A stretch of DNA of 64,000 bases from Candidatus Delongbacteria bacterium (GTDB taxonomy: Bacteria; CAIWAD01), in NCBI GenBank assembly GCA_963663545.1, contig OY760505.1:3072001-3136000 (forward strand), in the 5' to 3' direction. This document shows, one piece after another, positions 40,322-50,900 of the stretch (the first letter of the stretch is position 1; each line of letters starts with the position of its first letter). The notes under the pieces are model-generated. The model made no database searches. It had not been told where the DNA came from and saw only the letters and a program-made list of their open reading frames with translations. A program made the translations under genes and the position numbers.

Positions 40322-40738
40322 ATGAAAACGACAGGTTTCGGCCCCCACCTGATGCTTGATCTGAATGACTGCGATGTTGAGCTGCTGAAAGACCTCGACC
40401 ACTGCGCAAGCATTCTGAATGATCTCCCCGACCACATTGGCATGACCAAAATCACTCAGCCTTACTGTTTCCGCTATAGCGGTCTCGTTCCCGAGGACGA
40501 GGGCATTACGGGTATGGTGATCATTGCCGAGAGTCACATTTCGATTCACACCTTCCCGATCAAGGGTTACGCCTTCATCGACGTGTTCTCTTGCAGAGAC
40601 TTTGACGTGGATGAAGCGCGCGACTATCTGATCAAGGCCTTTAAAAGCCAGGATCCGCAGACCTTCGTTACGGAGCGTGGCTTGAAGTTCCCTCGAACAC
40701 CCATCCCACATAGGGCGCATGTATCCACTGCATCCTGA
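40322..40738 (+). CDS. speD: Pyruvoyl-dependent decarboxylase proenzyme, AdoMetDC (SpeD/SpeH) family
   Basis: GPHLMLD, GITGMVIIAESHISIHTFP (E-S autocleavage site), IDVFSC; alternative start at 40280; substrate uncertain. Confidence 0.85.
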   Translation: MKTTGFGPHLMLDLNDCDVELLKDLDHCASILNDLPDHIGMTKITQPYCFRYSGLVPEDEGITGMVIIAESHISIHTFPIKGYAFIDVFSCRDFDVDEARDYLIKAFKSQDPQTFVTERGLKFPRTPIPHRAHVSTAS

Positions 40739-41594
40739 TCAGGGAGCATTTGGCGGACTGCCCGAGCAGGAGATTCCGGCGAAAGCGCGTTTCGCGGTCT
40801 TGCCTGTGCCTTTTGACGGCACCTCGACCTGGCTGAAAGGCGCTGATCGCGGCCCTGAAGCGCTGCTTGACGCCTCTGCCAACTTGGAACTCTACGACAT
40901 CGAAACCGGCCTGGAGCCTTACCAGGCCGGTATTCACACCTTTGCGCCCATGGTGTGCGAGAGCGTGGAGGAGATGGTAGCGGCCACTCGTGAGGCCTGT
41001 GCCGATCTACTTGCTCGCGGTTACACTGTGGCCGGGCTGGGCGGCGAGCACTCTGTCAGCATAGGGCTGATACAGGCGCACGCCGATCGCTTTCCTGGAA
41101 TGGGCGTGCTGCAAGTGGACGCACACGGTGATACGCGCGAGGAATACGAAGGTACGCCCTTCAATCACGCCTGTGTCATGGCGCGCGCGCGCGAACTCTG
41201 TCCTATTGTGCAGGTGGGCATTCGCAGCCTTGCTGAAGAGGAAGTCGCCGGGCTGGATCCGGCTCGCGTGTTTTTTGCCCATCAGATTCACGATCGTCAG
41301 GACTGGATTGCAGCTGCGGTAGAGCTTCTGCCTGAGCAGGTGTATCTGACCATCGATCTGGACGGCCTCGATCCTTCCATCATGCCTTCCACCGGCACTC
41401 CTGAACCGGGTGGCCTGGGCTGGTATCAGCTGCAGGCGCTCATTCGAGAACTCTGCCGCCGCCGCCGTCTGGTGGGCTTTGATGTTGTTGAGTTGTTGCC
41501 GAATCCCGGTAATCCCGCGCCGGATTTCCTGGCCGCCAAACTGGTCTATCGCATCATGGCCGAGATGCTGGCCGCAGAGACTTCCCGCTTCTAA
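40719..41594 (+). CDS. speB: Agmatinase (ureohydrolase family)
   Basis: GGEHS, DAHGD, HAC, DLDGLDPS..PSTGTPEPGG, DVVEL. Confidence 0.93.
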   Translation: MYPLHPDQGAFGGLPEQEIPAKARFAVLPVPFDGTSTWLKGADRGPEALLDASANLELYDIETGLEPYQAGIHTFAPMVCESVEEMVAATREACADLLARGYTVAGLGGEHSVSIGLIQAHADRFPGMGVLQVDAHGDTREEYEGTPFNHACVMARARELCPIVQVGIRSLAEEEVAGLDPARVFFAHQIHDRQDWIAAAVELLPEQVYLTIDLDGLDPSIMPSTGTPEPGGLGWYQLQALIRELCRRRRLVGFDVVELLPNPGNPAPDFLAAKLVYRIMAEMLAAETSRF

Positions 41595-41659
41595 CAGATC
41601 CACCGTGAACCAGTCTATGTGATACGCGATCCTGCTGCGTCGTGATCCATACCTCTATA

Positions 41660-41698
41660 TGTAACACAAAGCGGCCGCAAGGGCCGCTCTGTGTTACA
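41660..41698. terminator. Hairpin between convergent speB and DHS-like genes
   Basis: TGTAACACA-A-AGCGGCC / GGCCGCT-C-TGTGTTACA; no long U-tract. Confidence 0.6.
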
Positions 41699-41742
41699 CG
41701 GTAATACTCCGTCATGTCTCCCGTGACACAACGGCGTATGGA

Positions 41743-42765
41743 TTACTTAAGAAAGGTCTCGTTGAGACGACGCTCAGGGCGCTGACGCCAATAACCACGA
41801 TGCCAGGCGTCGCTGATGAGCAACGGTAGTGTCACAGTGGCCTCACCATACACCATCTGTTCGGCGCTGGTCTCCACCTTGCCCCAGGAGCAAGCTTCCT
41901 GCAGCGTGCTGCCAGAAAGGGCGCCATCGCGCTCGTCGGCAACGGTCAGCTGAATCGCGTACTTGTGCATGGGCTGCTCTTCGCCCAGAATGTCAGTGGC
42001 AACCACAACATCCTGCGTGAAGTTCTTGGGAACGCCGCCGCCCAGCATGAGGATGCCTGTATCACCGAGCTTCAGTTTGAGCTGCGTCAGCTCGCGGAAG
42101 TCGGCCACGCTGTCGATGCTCAAGTACTTGCCCTTGGCATGCCACTGGTGGTGCACCAGGCCAAAGCCAGCACTGCAGTCGGAGAAGGCCGGTACGAAGA
42201 TGGGCACTTGCTTGCGGTAACACGTGTGAATGATCGAAGGAATGGCACCGCCGTCGCGGTGATTCAGGAAGCGGCCCATTTCGTGAATGAACTCGCGCGA
42301 CGACCAGGGGCGCGGCTCCAGACTGTCGGCGATTTCGCCCACGGTCATGTCACACACGCGCAGCTCTTCTTCGTCGATGTAGGTGTCGTAGATGCGGTCG
42401 ATCATCAGCTCGCGCAGTTCGTTGTCGTCCTGCTGCGGATTGCCGATCCAGTGGCGGAAGCCCAGCGCCTCGAAGAAATCCTGATCGACGATGTTGGCGC
42501 CGGTGGAAACAATGGCGTCCACCATATTGCACTCGATCATGTCGATGATGATTTTCTTCATCCCCGCGCTGACCAGCGAACCGGCCAGAGTGAGGATCAC
42601 ACCGCATTGCGTGTCGGCCAGCATGGTGTTGAAGATCTCTGCGGCGCGGGAGAGATTGCGCAGCTGGAAGGCGGCCGTTTTGCCAGCCTCGATCATGGGC
42701 CTGGCGTCGAAGGTGCTGATGTCCACGTGTTCCACGGGGACGCGGAGGAGGTCCTGTTTGGTCAT
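41743..42765 (-). CDS. Deoxyhypusine synthase-like protein
   Basis: LAGSLVSAG, IVSTGAN, IDRIYD, PAFSDCS.G, GGGVPKNF, DGALSGST..EACSWGK (catalytic Lys). Confidence 0.92.
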   Translation of the reverse strand: MTKQDLLRVPVEHVDISTFDARPMIEAGKTAAFQLRNLSRAAEIFNTMLADTQCGVILTLAGSLVSAGMKKIIIDMIECNMVDAIVSTGANIVDQDFFEALGFRHWIGNPQQDDNELRELMIDRIYDTYIDEEELRVCDMTVGEIADSLEPRPWSSREFIHEMGRFLNHRDGGAIPSIIHTCYRKQVPIFVPAFSDCSAGFGLVHHQWHAKGKYLSIDSVADFRELTQLKLKLGDTGILMLGGGVPKNFTQDVVVATDILGEEQPMHKYAIQLTVADERDGALSGSTLQEACSWGKVETSAEQMVYGEATVTLPLLISDAWHRGYWRQRPERRLNETFLK

Positions 42766-42890
42766 CGGAGTCCTTGGGTTGAGACGGATTTTCAATGGGG
42801 CAACAAGATAGTGAGCTGGGGGAAGCATGCAAGTCCTTCCCCCGTTTTCCTCCCCCTCCAGCTGATCTACCCGTACAGTTACCTCTCTTA

Positions 42891-43338
42891 ATCGGTATCG
42901 GTGTGCTGCCTACTGCGTAGTCAGCACCTCGACGAAGCCCCGCATGTGGAGTGTTTCTAGCTGCTACTTCGGGCTAGCTGCGGGTCTTCGTCCATAGACA
43001 TTCAGGAGTAGCTGTCTGCCCAGGAAATCGGTATCGCTGCCTGTCGCTTCGCAACAGGATCGGTATCGGTATCGGTGTGCTGCCTACTGTGTAGTCAGCA
43101 CTTCGACGAAGCCCCGCATGCGGAGTTTTCGTAACTGCTACTTCGGGCTAGCAGCGGGTCTTCGGTCCATGTGTGTCCCGCGCTTTCGCGCGTGACTCCT
43201 CGGAGATTCCTCGCTTCTGGTCTAGGCTTATACCCGGCTCTACGTATTGGCGAGAAATCTCCTCGTGGCCTTCAGGGGTAGTTGTCGGTCCATGAAATCG
43301 CTATCGCTGCCTGTTGCTTCGCAACAGGATCGGTATCG
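42891..43338. repeat. Modular hairpin repeat array (A-B-A-x-B)
   Basis: Module A (~105 bp) at 42891-42995 and 43065-43170; module B (~68 bp) at 43001-43068 and 43271-43338; internal hairpins GTGCTG/CAGCAC and CCTGTTGC/GCAACAGG; ATCGGT iterations at the joins. Confidence 0.9.
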
Positions 43339-43439
43339 ATTTCGGAGTCGCAATCGTAGCGCGTCGTAGCGCATTGTAGCGCGTGACACACGGATGCTGA
43401 GGCATTTAGGAAGGAAAGAAGCTTTCTGCGCAGCTCTTC

Positions 43440-44516
43440 CTATGGAGCTAGTACAGGCGCCATCTCTACCTGATCTAAGACCTGACCATCTTCCGATGAC
43501 ACCTGCAGATGTTTGACCAGAGCTTCGGCAGCCAGTCTGTGCGCACGGGCGTTCCAATGGCTCTCGCCATCAAAATCCAGTCGCTCGCCGTGCTTCAGAT
43601 AATCTTCGAAGAATGGCTTGGCCAGGTCGATCAGCTCAAGGCCATGCTTCTTGCAGGCCGGCTCAAGAAGCAGTGTTTCAGACATCGTGATTCTGCTCGC
43701 ATCCAGGTCGTAGATGGCATCACGGTTCGCATCGCAGAGCAGAATCAGTCTTACGTTTGGGAATGCTTGCGCCAGATCCGCTACTAAACGCTCTGCTACT
43801 TGCTGCTGATATTGTGTTTCGCCATAAGGAGAGTACGACCTGTCGGCATGCCCAGGCAGTCTCAACTCCATTTGTGCATTAAGATTCAGGTATCTCACAA
43901 GGGCGCTGTTACGCAAAAGTCGCTTTCGGCTTTCGCGATAGGGCGTCGACTGCAGGGCCTTGAGGGAATCCTCGCTGAACAGGTACTGACGCGAAAGAGG
44001 CCATCTCTCAAAATTGGCAATGGATCTTCGCAAGGAATTCTTACTGACTTCAATCACTGCCGTTTCGGGTTGGAAGAGTTCTTCCGCGTAGGCAATAACG
44101 TTTTGGCAATGGGAAAGTGATATGCCACCCAGGCCGAAGTTGTACACATTCCACCCCGATGGTAAACGTTCTTTCAGTTGACTGGCAATATTGTTTTCCC
44201 AGCAGACATGCAGCCCCTCGACGTAGGAATCTCCAAAGATGCCCACCAGCCTGGTCTTGCGGCCTAGTCTTTCTTCGTATTCTATCCCAGCGTTGAAGCC
44301 CTGGGAATTGACGTGCCATGGAATCCTGTTTTCTGCTAGTCGACAGAAGGTGAAAATGCCATCGGGATAGGCGGGATCTAGACAATGGATGGAGTGTCCT
44401 GCCCTGTCCAATCTATAGGGTGGATGTGAAGCCGGAATCACGAATCGATAGAACAGCTCCAGAAAAAGCAGCAGAAAGACCAGAAAGCAGAGAAGCCTGA
44501 AAACAAAACTCTTCAT
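43440..44516 (-). CDS. SGNH/GDSL-like membrane-anchored protein (candidate O-acetyltransferase partner)
   Basis: N-terminal TM helix, NSQGF, FGDSYVEG, terminal FDGESHWN..AH; downstream of the MBOAT gene. Confidence 0.7.
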   Translation of the reverse strand: MKSFVFRLLCFLVFLLLFLELFYRFVIPASHPPYRLDRAGHSIHCLDPAYPDGIFTFCRLAENRIPWHVNSQGFNAGIEYEERLGRKTRLVGIFGDSYVEGLHVCWENNIASQLKERLPSGWNVYNFGLGGISLSHCQNVIAYAEELFQPETAVIEVSKNSLRRSIANFERWPLSRQYLFSEDSLKALQSTPYRESRKRLLRNSALVRYLNLNAQMELRLPGHADRSYSPYGETQYQQQVAERLVADLAQAFPNVRLILLCDANRDAIYDLDASRITMSETLLLEPACKKHGLELIDLAKPFFEDYLKHGERLDFDGESHWNARAHRLAAEALVKHLQVSSEDGQVLDQVEMAPVLAP

Positions 44517-44524
44517 CGAATCCT

Positions 44525-45958
44525 CTAGAACTGGAAGTAGATGAACTCTTGTTCGCCAAAGCTACCAAGGGTCAGGATGGCTGCGGTGATACAGGCGTAG
44601 CACAGCCAGCGTAGCGCGCGCGGAAAGGCCACAAGATCAAGCGGATGCTGTTTTGTGCGTTGCAGCCATTCGAGCAGCAGCAGCGCAGTACAGAGGAGCA
44701 GCTCCTGCGTGTAAGCGCCTTGGAGGTTTGCTACGAAGGGGGCTTTTAGCATTCCACCCAGATAGCCGATTGCCTGGCTGAGACTGCTCGCGCGAAAGAA
44801 TACCCAAGCCAGTAGCGTTAGAAAGAAGGTCAGCACCATGCTTCCCGCCTCGACGGGAGATGGCAGCAAGCGTCCCGCTGCGACAATGTCTGTCTGCTTC
44901 TTCCTGTTGGTGCGCAAGGACTGGGGAAGTAGGTAGAGACCGTTGAGGAATCCCCACACAACAAAGGTCCAGTTGGCGCCATGCCACAGTCCACTAACGG
45001 TAAAGGTCACCAGCACATTCCAAATCTGGCGTGGCTTGGAACAACGATTTCCACCCAGCGGAATGTAGACGTAATCCCTGAACCAGGTGCTTAAGGAAAT
45101 GTGCCACCTGCGCCAGAATTCGCCGATATCGCGGGAGAAATAGGGGTAGGCGAAGTTGCGCATCAGCTTGAATCCGAAGAGTCTAGCAGTGCCGATGGCG
45201 ATATCGCTATAGCCGCTGAAGTCGGAGTAGATTTGCAATGCGAAGAAGAAGACGCCGATCAGCAGACTCAGGCTATCTAGCTGTTGATAGTTGCTGAAGA
45301 TGCTTTCCACTTGCGGTGCCAGATTATCTGCGATGACAATCTTCTTGAAGAAGCCCCAGAGCATTTGTCGCATTCCGTCGCTGGCTTGTACAGACGAAAA
45401 ACTTCGGCGTTTTTCAAACTGTGGCAGCAGCGCTGAGGCGCGCTCAATCGGACCAGCAACGAGCTGTGGAAAAAAGCTGACAAAGGTAAAGAAGGCCACC
45501 ACATCCTGGGTTGGCGTGAACTTCTTGCGATAGATATCGATGGTGTAGCTCATGGTCTGGAAGGTGTAGAAGCTGATTCCAACGGGAAGAATCACCTTCA
45601 GTGACCATGGATTTGCCTGCAATCCCATACTGTGTAGAAGTTCGACGAAGCTGTTGACGAAGAAGTTGTAGTACTTGAAAAAGCCCAGAGCGCCAAGGTT
45701 TACCAGTAAACTTAGTCCAAGCAGCAGTTTTCTATGGCGTTCGTTCTGGGCAGTGGCCAAGCGTGCACCGGTCCAGTAATCGATGCAGGAACTGAAGAAG
45801 ATGAGGCTTAGAAAGCGCCAGTCCCACCAGCCGTAGAATACATAGCTTGCCACCAGCAGCAATGCATTCTGGTACCGTAGTGGGGTGCGTTGTAGCATCC
45901 AGTAGGCAAGAAACACGCTTGGCAGAAAAAGCGCGAAGATGAGCGAGTTGAATAGCAT
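44525..45958 (-). CDS. MBOAT-family O-acyltransferase (AlgI/PatA-like)
   Basis: MLFNS, LPVGISFYTFQ, FFPQLVAGPIER, YSDFSGYSDIAIG, FWRRWHISLSTWFRDYVYIPLGG, SGLWHGANWTF, FIYFQF. Confidence 0.95.
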   Translation of the reverse strand: MLFNSLIFALFLPSVFLAYWMLQRTPLRYQNALLLVASYVFYGWWDWRFLSLIFFSSCIDYWTGARLATAQNERHRKLLLGLSLLVNLGALGFFKYYNFFVNSFVELLHSMGLQANPWSLKVILPVGISFYTFQTMSYTIDIYRKKFTPTQDVVAFFTFVSFFPQLVAGPIERASALLPQFEKRRSFSSVQASDGMRQMLWGFFKKIVIADNLAPQVESIFSNYQQLDSLSLLIGVFFFALQIYSDFSGYSDIAIGTARLFGFKLMRNFAYPYFSRDIGEFWRRWHISLSTWFRDYVYIPLGGNRCSKPRQIWNVLVTFTVSGLWHGANWTFVVWGFLNGLYLLPQSLRTNRKKQTDIVAAGRLLPSPVEAGSMVLTFFLTLLAWVFFRASSLSQAIGYLGGMLKAPFVANLQGAYTQELLLCTALLLLEWLQRTKQHPLDLVAFPRALRWLCYACITAAILTLGSFGEQEFIYFQF

Positions 45959-46240
45959 CTCTGTCTCTGAACAGTTGATTGAAGAGAAAACGGTGCGCTA
46001 CGCTAAGCGACTCTTGATTGTAGCAAATTGCGGATGCTCTGCCTAGAAGGGGGAGTGTTACACTCCGGAGAAAGCTGCCTGACCACTGGCCTGACCCATT
46101 TTCGCGGCTGGCAATTTCTTCTCCTCCCCTTGCTTGAAAGCTACTCAATAGGTACTCTCTCCGGCTGTACAATTTGGATCAGCCCTTTCTCCAGCAGAAA
46201 CGAAGGGGCAGTTTCCTGAAAATAGAACAGGAGAGCCCAG

Positions 46241-47557
46241 ATGAAGCGCATCAAGACTCTCATCATGGGAGCCGCAGGCCGCGACTTCCATAATTTCAAT
46301 TGCGTCTACCGCAACAATGAGATGTACGAAGTGGTCTGCTTTACCGCGACCCAGATCCCCGATATCGACGGCCGCAAGTATCCCGCTGTGCTGGCTGGCG
46401 AGCTGTACCCTGAGGGTATTCCCATTTTCGACGAGAGCGAACTGGCCAGCCTGATCGCCGAGCACGGCATCGAGCTGGTGGTGTTCTCCTACAGCGACAT
46501 CCCGCACGAGGTGGTGATGCACAAGGCCGCCATGGTCAACGCCTGTGGCGCCGACTTCGCCATGCTGGGCGGACGCCTGACCGAGGTCAAGAGCACCAAG
46601 CCCGTCATCAGCATCTGCGCCAGCCGCACCGGTTGTGGCAAGAGCCAGACCACCCGTCGCGTGGTCGAGCTGCTGAAGGAAGCCGGCAAGAAGGTCGTCA
46701 GCATCCGTCACCCGATGCCCTACGGTGACCTGGCCGCACAGAAGTGCCAGCGCTTCGCCACCATCGATGACCTCAAGAAGCACAAGTGCACCATTGAGGA
46801 GATGGAAGAGTACGAGCCGCACATTGCCATGGGTAGCGTAATCTACGCCGGTGTGGACTATGAGGCCATTCTGCGCGAGGCCGAGAAGGAAGCCGACATC
46901 ATCCTGTGGGATGGTGGCAACAACGACACCCCCTTCTACAAGAGCGATTGCGAGATTGTGGTTGTGGACCCGCACCGTCCCGGTCACGAGATGACCTACT
47001 ATCCCGGTGAGACCAACGTCCGCAAGGCCGACGTCATCGTCATCAACAAGATTGAGACCGCCGATCCCGACGACGTGGCCGAGGTTCGTGAGAACTGCCG
47101 CGAGGTCAATCCCAATGCCATGATCATCGAAGCCGCCAGCCCCATCGATGTGGACGATCCCAGCATCATTCTGGGCAAGCGCGTTCTGGTCGTTGAAGAT
47201 GGCCCGACCCTGACTCACGGTGAGATGACCTACGGTGCTGGCATGGTGGCCGCCGAGCGTTTCGGTGCCGCCGAGGCCGTGGATCCTCGCCCCTGGGCCG
47301 TGGACACCATCGCCTACACCTTCGAGAAGTACCCCGGCATCGGCGTGCTGCTACCCGCAATGGGTTACAGCGACAAGCAGGTGGCCGATCTGGAGCAGAC
47401 CATCAACGCCGTCGATTGCGACAGCGTGATTATCGGTACTCCCATCGACCTGCGCCGCATCGTCAAGATCGACAAGCCGGCGGTTCGCGTGAGCTACAGC
47501 CTGCAGGAGATCGGTAAGCCCTCCATGAAGGACGCGCTGGCCAAGTTCCTCAAGTAG
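46241..47557 (+). CDS. COG2403 P-loop protein (cyclic 2,3-diphosphoglycerate synthetase-like; candidate arginine synthetase ArcE)
   Basis: IMGAAGRDFHNFN, FTATQIPDI..R.YP, RTGCGKSQT, RHPMPYGDL, WDGGNND, VEDGPTLTHG, LPAMGY. Confidence 0.8.
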   Translation: MKRIKTLIMGAAGRDFHNFNCVYRNNEMYEVVCFTATQIPDIDGRKYPAVLAGELYPEGIPIFDESELASLIAEHGIELVVFSYSDIPHEVVMHKAAMVNACGADFAMLGGRLTEVKSTKPVISICASRTGCGKSQTTRRVVELLKEAGKKVVSIRHPMPYGDLAAQKCQRFATIDDLKKHKCTIEEMEEYEPHIAMGSVIYAGVDYEAILREAEKEADIILWDGGNNDTPFYKSDCEIVVVDPHRPGHEMTYYPGETNVRKADVIVINKIETADPDDVAEVRENCREVNPNAMIIEAASPIDVDDPSIILGKRVLVVEDGPTLTHGEMTYGAGMVAAERFGAAEAVDPRPWAVDTIAYTFEKYPGIGVLLPAMGYSDKQVADLEQTINAVDCDSVIIGTPIDLRRIVKIDKPAVRVSYSLQEIGKPSMKDALAKFLK

Positions 47558-47577
47558 TTGCCTCGACATTCGAAGAC

Positions 47578-47604
47578 AAGAGCCCCCGATTAAGGGGGCT
47601 TTTT
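47578..47604 (+). terminator. Intrinsic terminator
   Basis: AAGAGCCCCC-GATTAA-GGGGGCTTTTT. Confidence 0.85.
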
Positions 47605-47874
47605 GCTCTCGCTTGATTCCTGTTATCTTTCCAATTGGACCTGAATAGCTCTGTTTGGCATTGTTTGGTATACACTGGCAATGCCCGATGCTGAACTCGC
47701 TTGCTGAATGTTGGACAATTGTAAGTTGTGGAATATCAGTACATAAGCGAACACCTAAAGCTGGTGTGTAAAACAATGGGCACCTTAACCTGATTCTGAC
47801 AGCTTTGTCAAAACTTAATGCTGCCAACTTCTTTAGAATCAATAGCTAATGAGAGCACTTGTACCTAGGGAAAG

Positions 47875-47890
47875 AGGCATGAAAATTGCC
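47875..47890 (+). promoter_or_regulatory. Putative sigma54 promoter
   Basis: AGGCATG-AAAA-TTGC (GG-N10-GC) about 105 bp upstream of the ATG at 47995, in an AT-rich intergenic region. Confidence 0.5.
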
Positions 47891-47994
47891 CTACTCTCTG
47901 TCTATGCGCAAGGGAACCTCTCCGTAGTTGGGTTCCCCCTTGTCTTCGAATTGAAATTCAGTATCTCGCAATAATCCAAAACGAGGATCCGAGT

Positions 47995-50900
47995 ATGAAG
48001 AAGCTTCTTCTCAGTGCTTTGCTGACGGGTCTGGCGACCCAGGCCATCGCCGAGAATGTGTTCATTTCTGAATACATCGAGGGTGGCAGCCAGAATAAAG
48101 CTATCGAGATCTACAACGGTACAGGTGCTTCGATTGACCTAAGCGAGTATGCAGTACTTGTTTACGCGAACGGAGCCACTTCACCCACAAGTACAATCAC
48201 CTTGTCGAACACGCTGGCTAGCGGAGACGTTTACGTCGTAGCCAACCCTTCCGCTAACGCTGCCATCCTTGCTGTAGCGGATCAGACGTCGGGTAGCGTG
48301 TCTTTCAACGGAAACGATGCGGTGGAGCTACAGCATAACGACACTCCCATTGATCTTTTCGGAGTCATTGGTGAAGATCCGGGATCGTCCGGATGGGGGA
48401 GCGTGACTGCTAATCACACTTTGGTTCGCGTTAGCTCTGTCGTCGAGGGAGTGGCTGTTTGGGCTTCCTCTGAATGGGATGTTTATGCTCAGGACACCTT
48501 CACTTACCTCGGTTCACACACTTCGGGTGGCGGTGGCAATCTTCTGCCGGTCATTGCCAATGTGACCCAGACGCCCGAGTTCGCGCTGGACGGCGTGGCC
48601 GTCAGCATCAGCGCTGAAATCAGCGACAGCGACGGTACAGTTAGCAATGTGGATTTCATCTACAGCGTCGATGGTGGAACCGAAGTCAGCACCACGCTGA
48701 CCGGTGTCGCCGGTGTGTACACGGGCAGCGTTCCCGGCCAGATTGTCGGTTCGGAAATCGCTTACCGCTTTGAAGCTACCGACGACGATAGCGATACAGC
48801 AATCAGCAGCGGTTCCTATCTCGTCTACGAGCCGGCGACCTTGTCGGTTGGCGACCTTGTAGTGACTGAAATCATGAAGGATCCGTCCGTTGTGCTGGAT
48901 GCTGCTGGCGAGTGGTTTGAGATCTACAACGCAAGCGCGGCGCAGATCAACCTGAACGGCCTCACCATCAGTGATGATAACACCAACACTTTCACTGTGG
49001 ACACTGATGTTTTCGTGGATGCGGGTACGTACGCTCTTCTGGCTGTGAACGGTGACAATGCCACGAACGGCGGATTACCTAGCGTAGACTACGTCTATCC
49101 CTCGAACTTCTACCTCGGCAACGGGACCGATGCCGTGGTTATCTACGATAGCTATCTGGCCATCGACCGCGTTGAGTACAGTGACGCCTTTTTCCCCGAT
49201 GTGGCTGGCCATTCCATGGGCTTGGTCGACCTGCTTGCGGACAACAATGTTGGTGCCAATTGGGTTGCCGACGCTGTCCACAGCTATGGTGCTGGCGACT
49301 ACGGAACACCGCGTGCTGCGAACGATCTAAGCTTTGATCCCTATCCCGTGATTGAGAACGTGACCGCGCTGCCCGCGCTGGTGACCCCGACCGACGATGT
49401 GGTCGTGACCGCCGATGTCAGCGATGACAGTGCGCTGACTTCCGTCAACTTGATTTACAACGTCGACGCCGGTGCCGATGTCACCTTGGCGATGACCGAA
49501 GTGCGCAGCTACACCGCCACCATTCCTGCCCAGGTTGAGGGTAGTGTGGTTGCATGGCGCATTGAGGCCACCGATGATGCCACCCAGACCATGACTTATG
49601 GTCCCGAGTCCTACACGGTAACGGGTACCGCCCCCGTGTTGACCATCGCCCAGATTCAGGCCTGCGATGTGGACGGCAATAGCCTTTATGACGGTCAGTT
49701 CGTCACCACCACAGGTATTGTTTCTGCCCTCTGCTCGGTTGGCAGCGGCTCCTTCTTTATTCAGGATGCCTCGGCCGCCTGGTCCGGTATCCAGGTTTAC
49801 GGTGGCAACGCTGGTGTTGCCGTTGGTGACGAAGTGACCGTGACGGCCGTCGTGGACGAGTACAATGGCCAGACCGAGATCATTATTGCTACGACCGCCG
49901 ATTACGCTGTGCTGAGCAGTGGCAACACCCCCTACGCGCCGCTGGCGCTGACGGCGGCCACCGCTGGCGACGAGCAGTACGAGAGCGTGCTGGCTACGGT
50001 TGAGAACCTGAACTGTGATGCCCTGCCCAACGGCTTCGGTGAGTGGTTTGGGATCGACAACGGCGACAGCCTGATGGTCGACGACCTCTTTGGCACCTTC
50101 TTCACCCCGACTGTCGGCGAGTGCTACAACCTGACGGGCGTAGTCTATTATGCTTACGGTGCCTTCCGCATCGAGCCCCGCACCACGGCCGATGTGGCTA
50201 CCTGCGGTGGCGAGAATCTTCCTCCCGCAGTCGCGAGCTTCTATCGCACTCCCACCCTGCCCACCAGTGCGGACGCCGTTGTTGTCAATATTACGGTTAC
50301 GGACGACAGCGCAGTCAGTGCCGTTGATCTGTATTACATCGTCGACGGTGGAACAGCCAACGTAGTCAGCATGGCGTTGACCACGGGTGACGTATATGAG
50401 GGAACCATTCCGGCCCTGACTGATGGTTCTGATGTTGAGTATTACGTGATTGCCACCGACGACCAGTCGGCGACCACCGAGTCCTATCATCGCATGTACA
50501 CGGTCACCGATGTTCTGAGCTGTGGCGACATCAGCGTGTATCGCGTCAATGATTCCGAGGGCTTCCCCGTGCGTTACGGCCAGACCGTGATGGTTTGCGG
50601 CGTGTTGACCAGTGCCGCCGAGCTTGGTAGCACGGGTCCCGCGTACTTGCATGGTGCGACCGGCGACATCTGTGCTTATGGAACCCTGAATGGTGCCGTG
50701 ACCGGTGACGAAGTCACCATCGTTGGCAGCATCGGCTTCTACAATGGTCTGACCCAGCTGACCAGCCCGACAGTGACCGTCGTGAGCAGTGGCAATGCCA
50801 TCACCCCGACCGTGGTGACCTTGGCCGAGCTGATTGCTGGCGGCGAGAGCTACGAGGCCAACTACGTGCAGGTCAACGGCCTGAGCGTTGTGGCTCCTGA

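Noticed and set aside
40003..40359. 118-aa ORF upstream of speD
   Set aside because: Overlaps speD out of frame, spans an AT-rich promoter-like region, and shows no family similarity.
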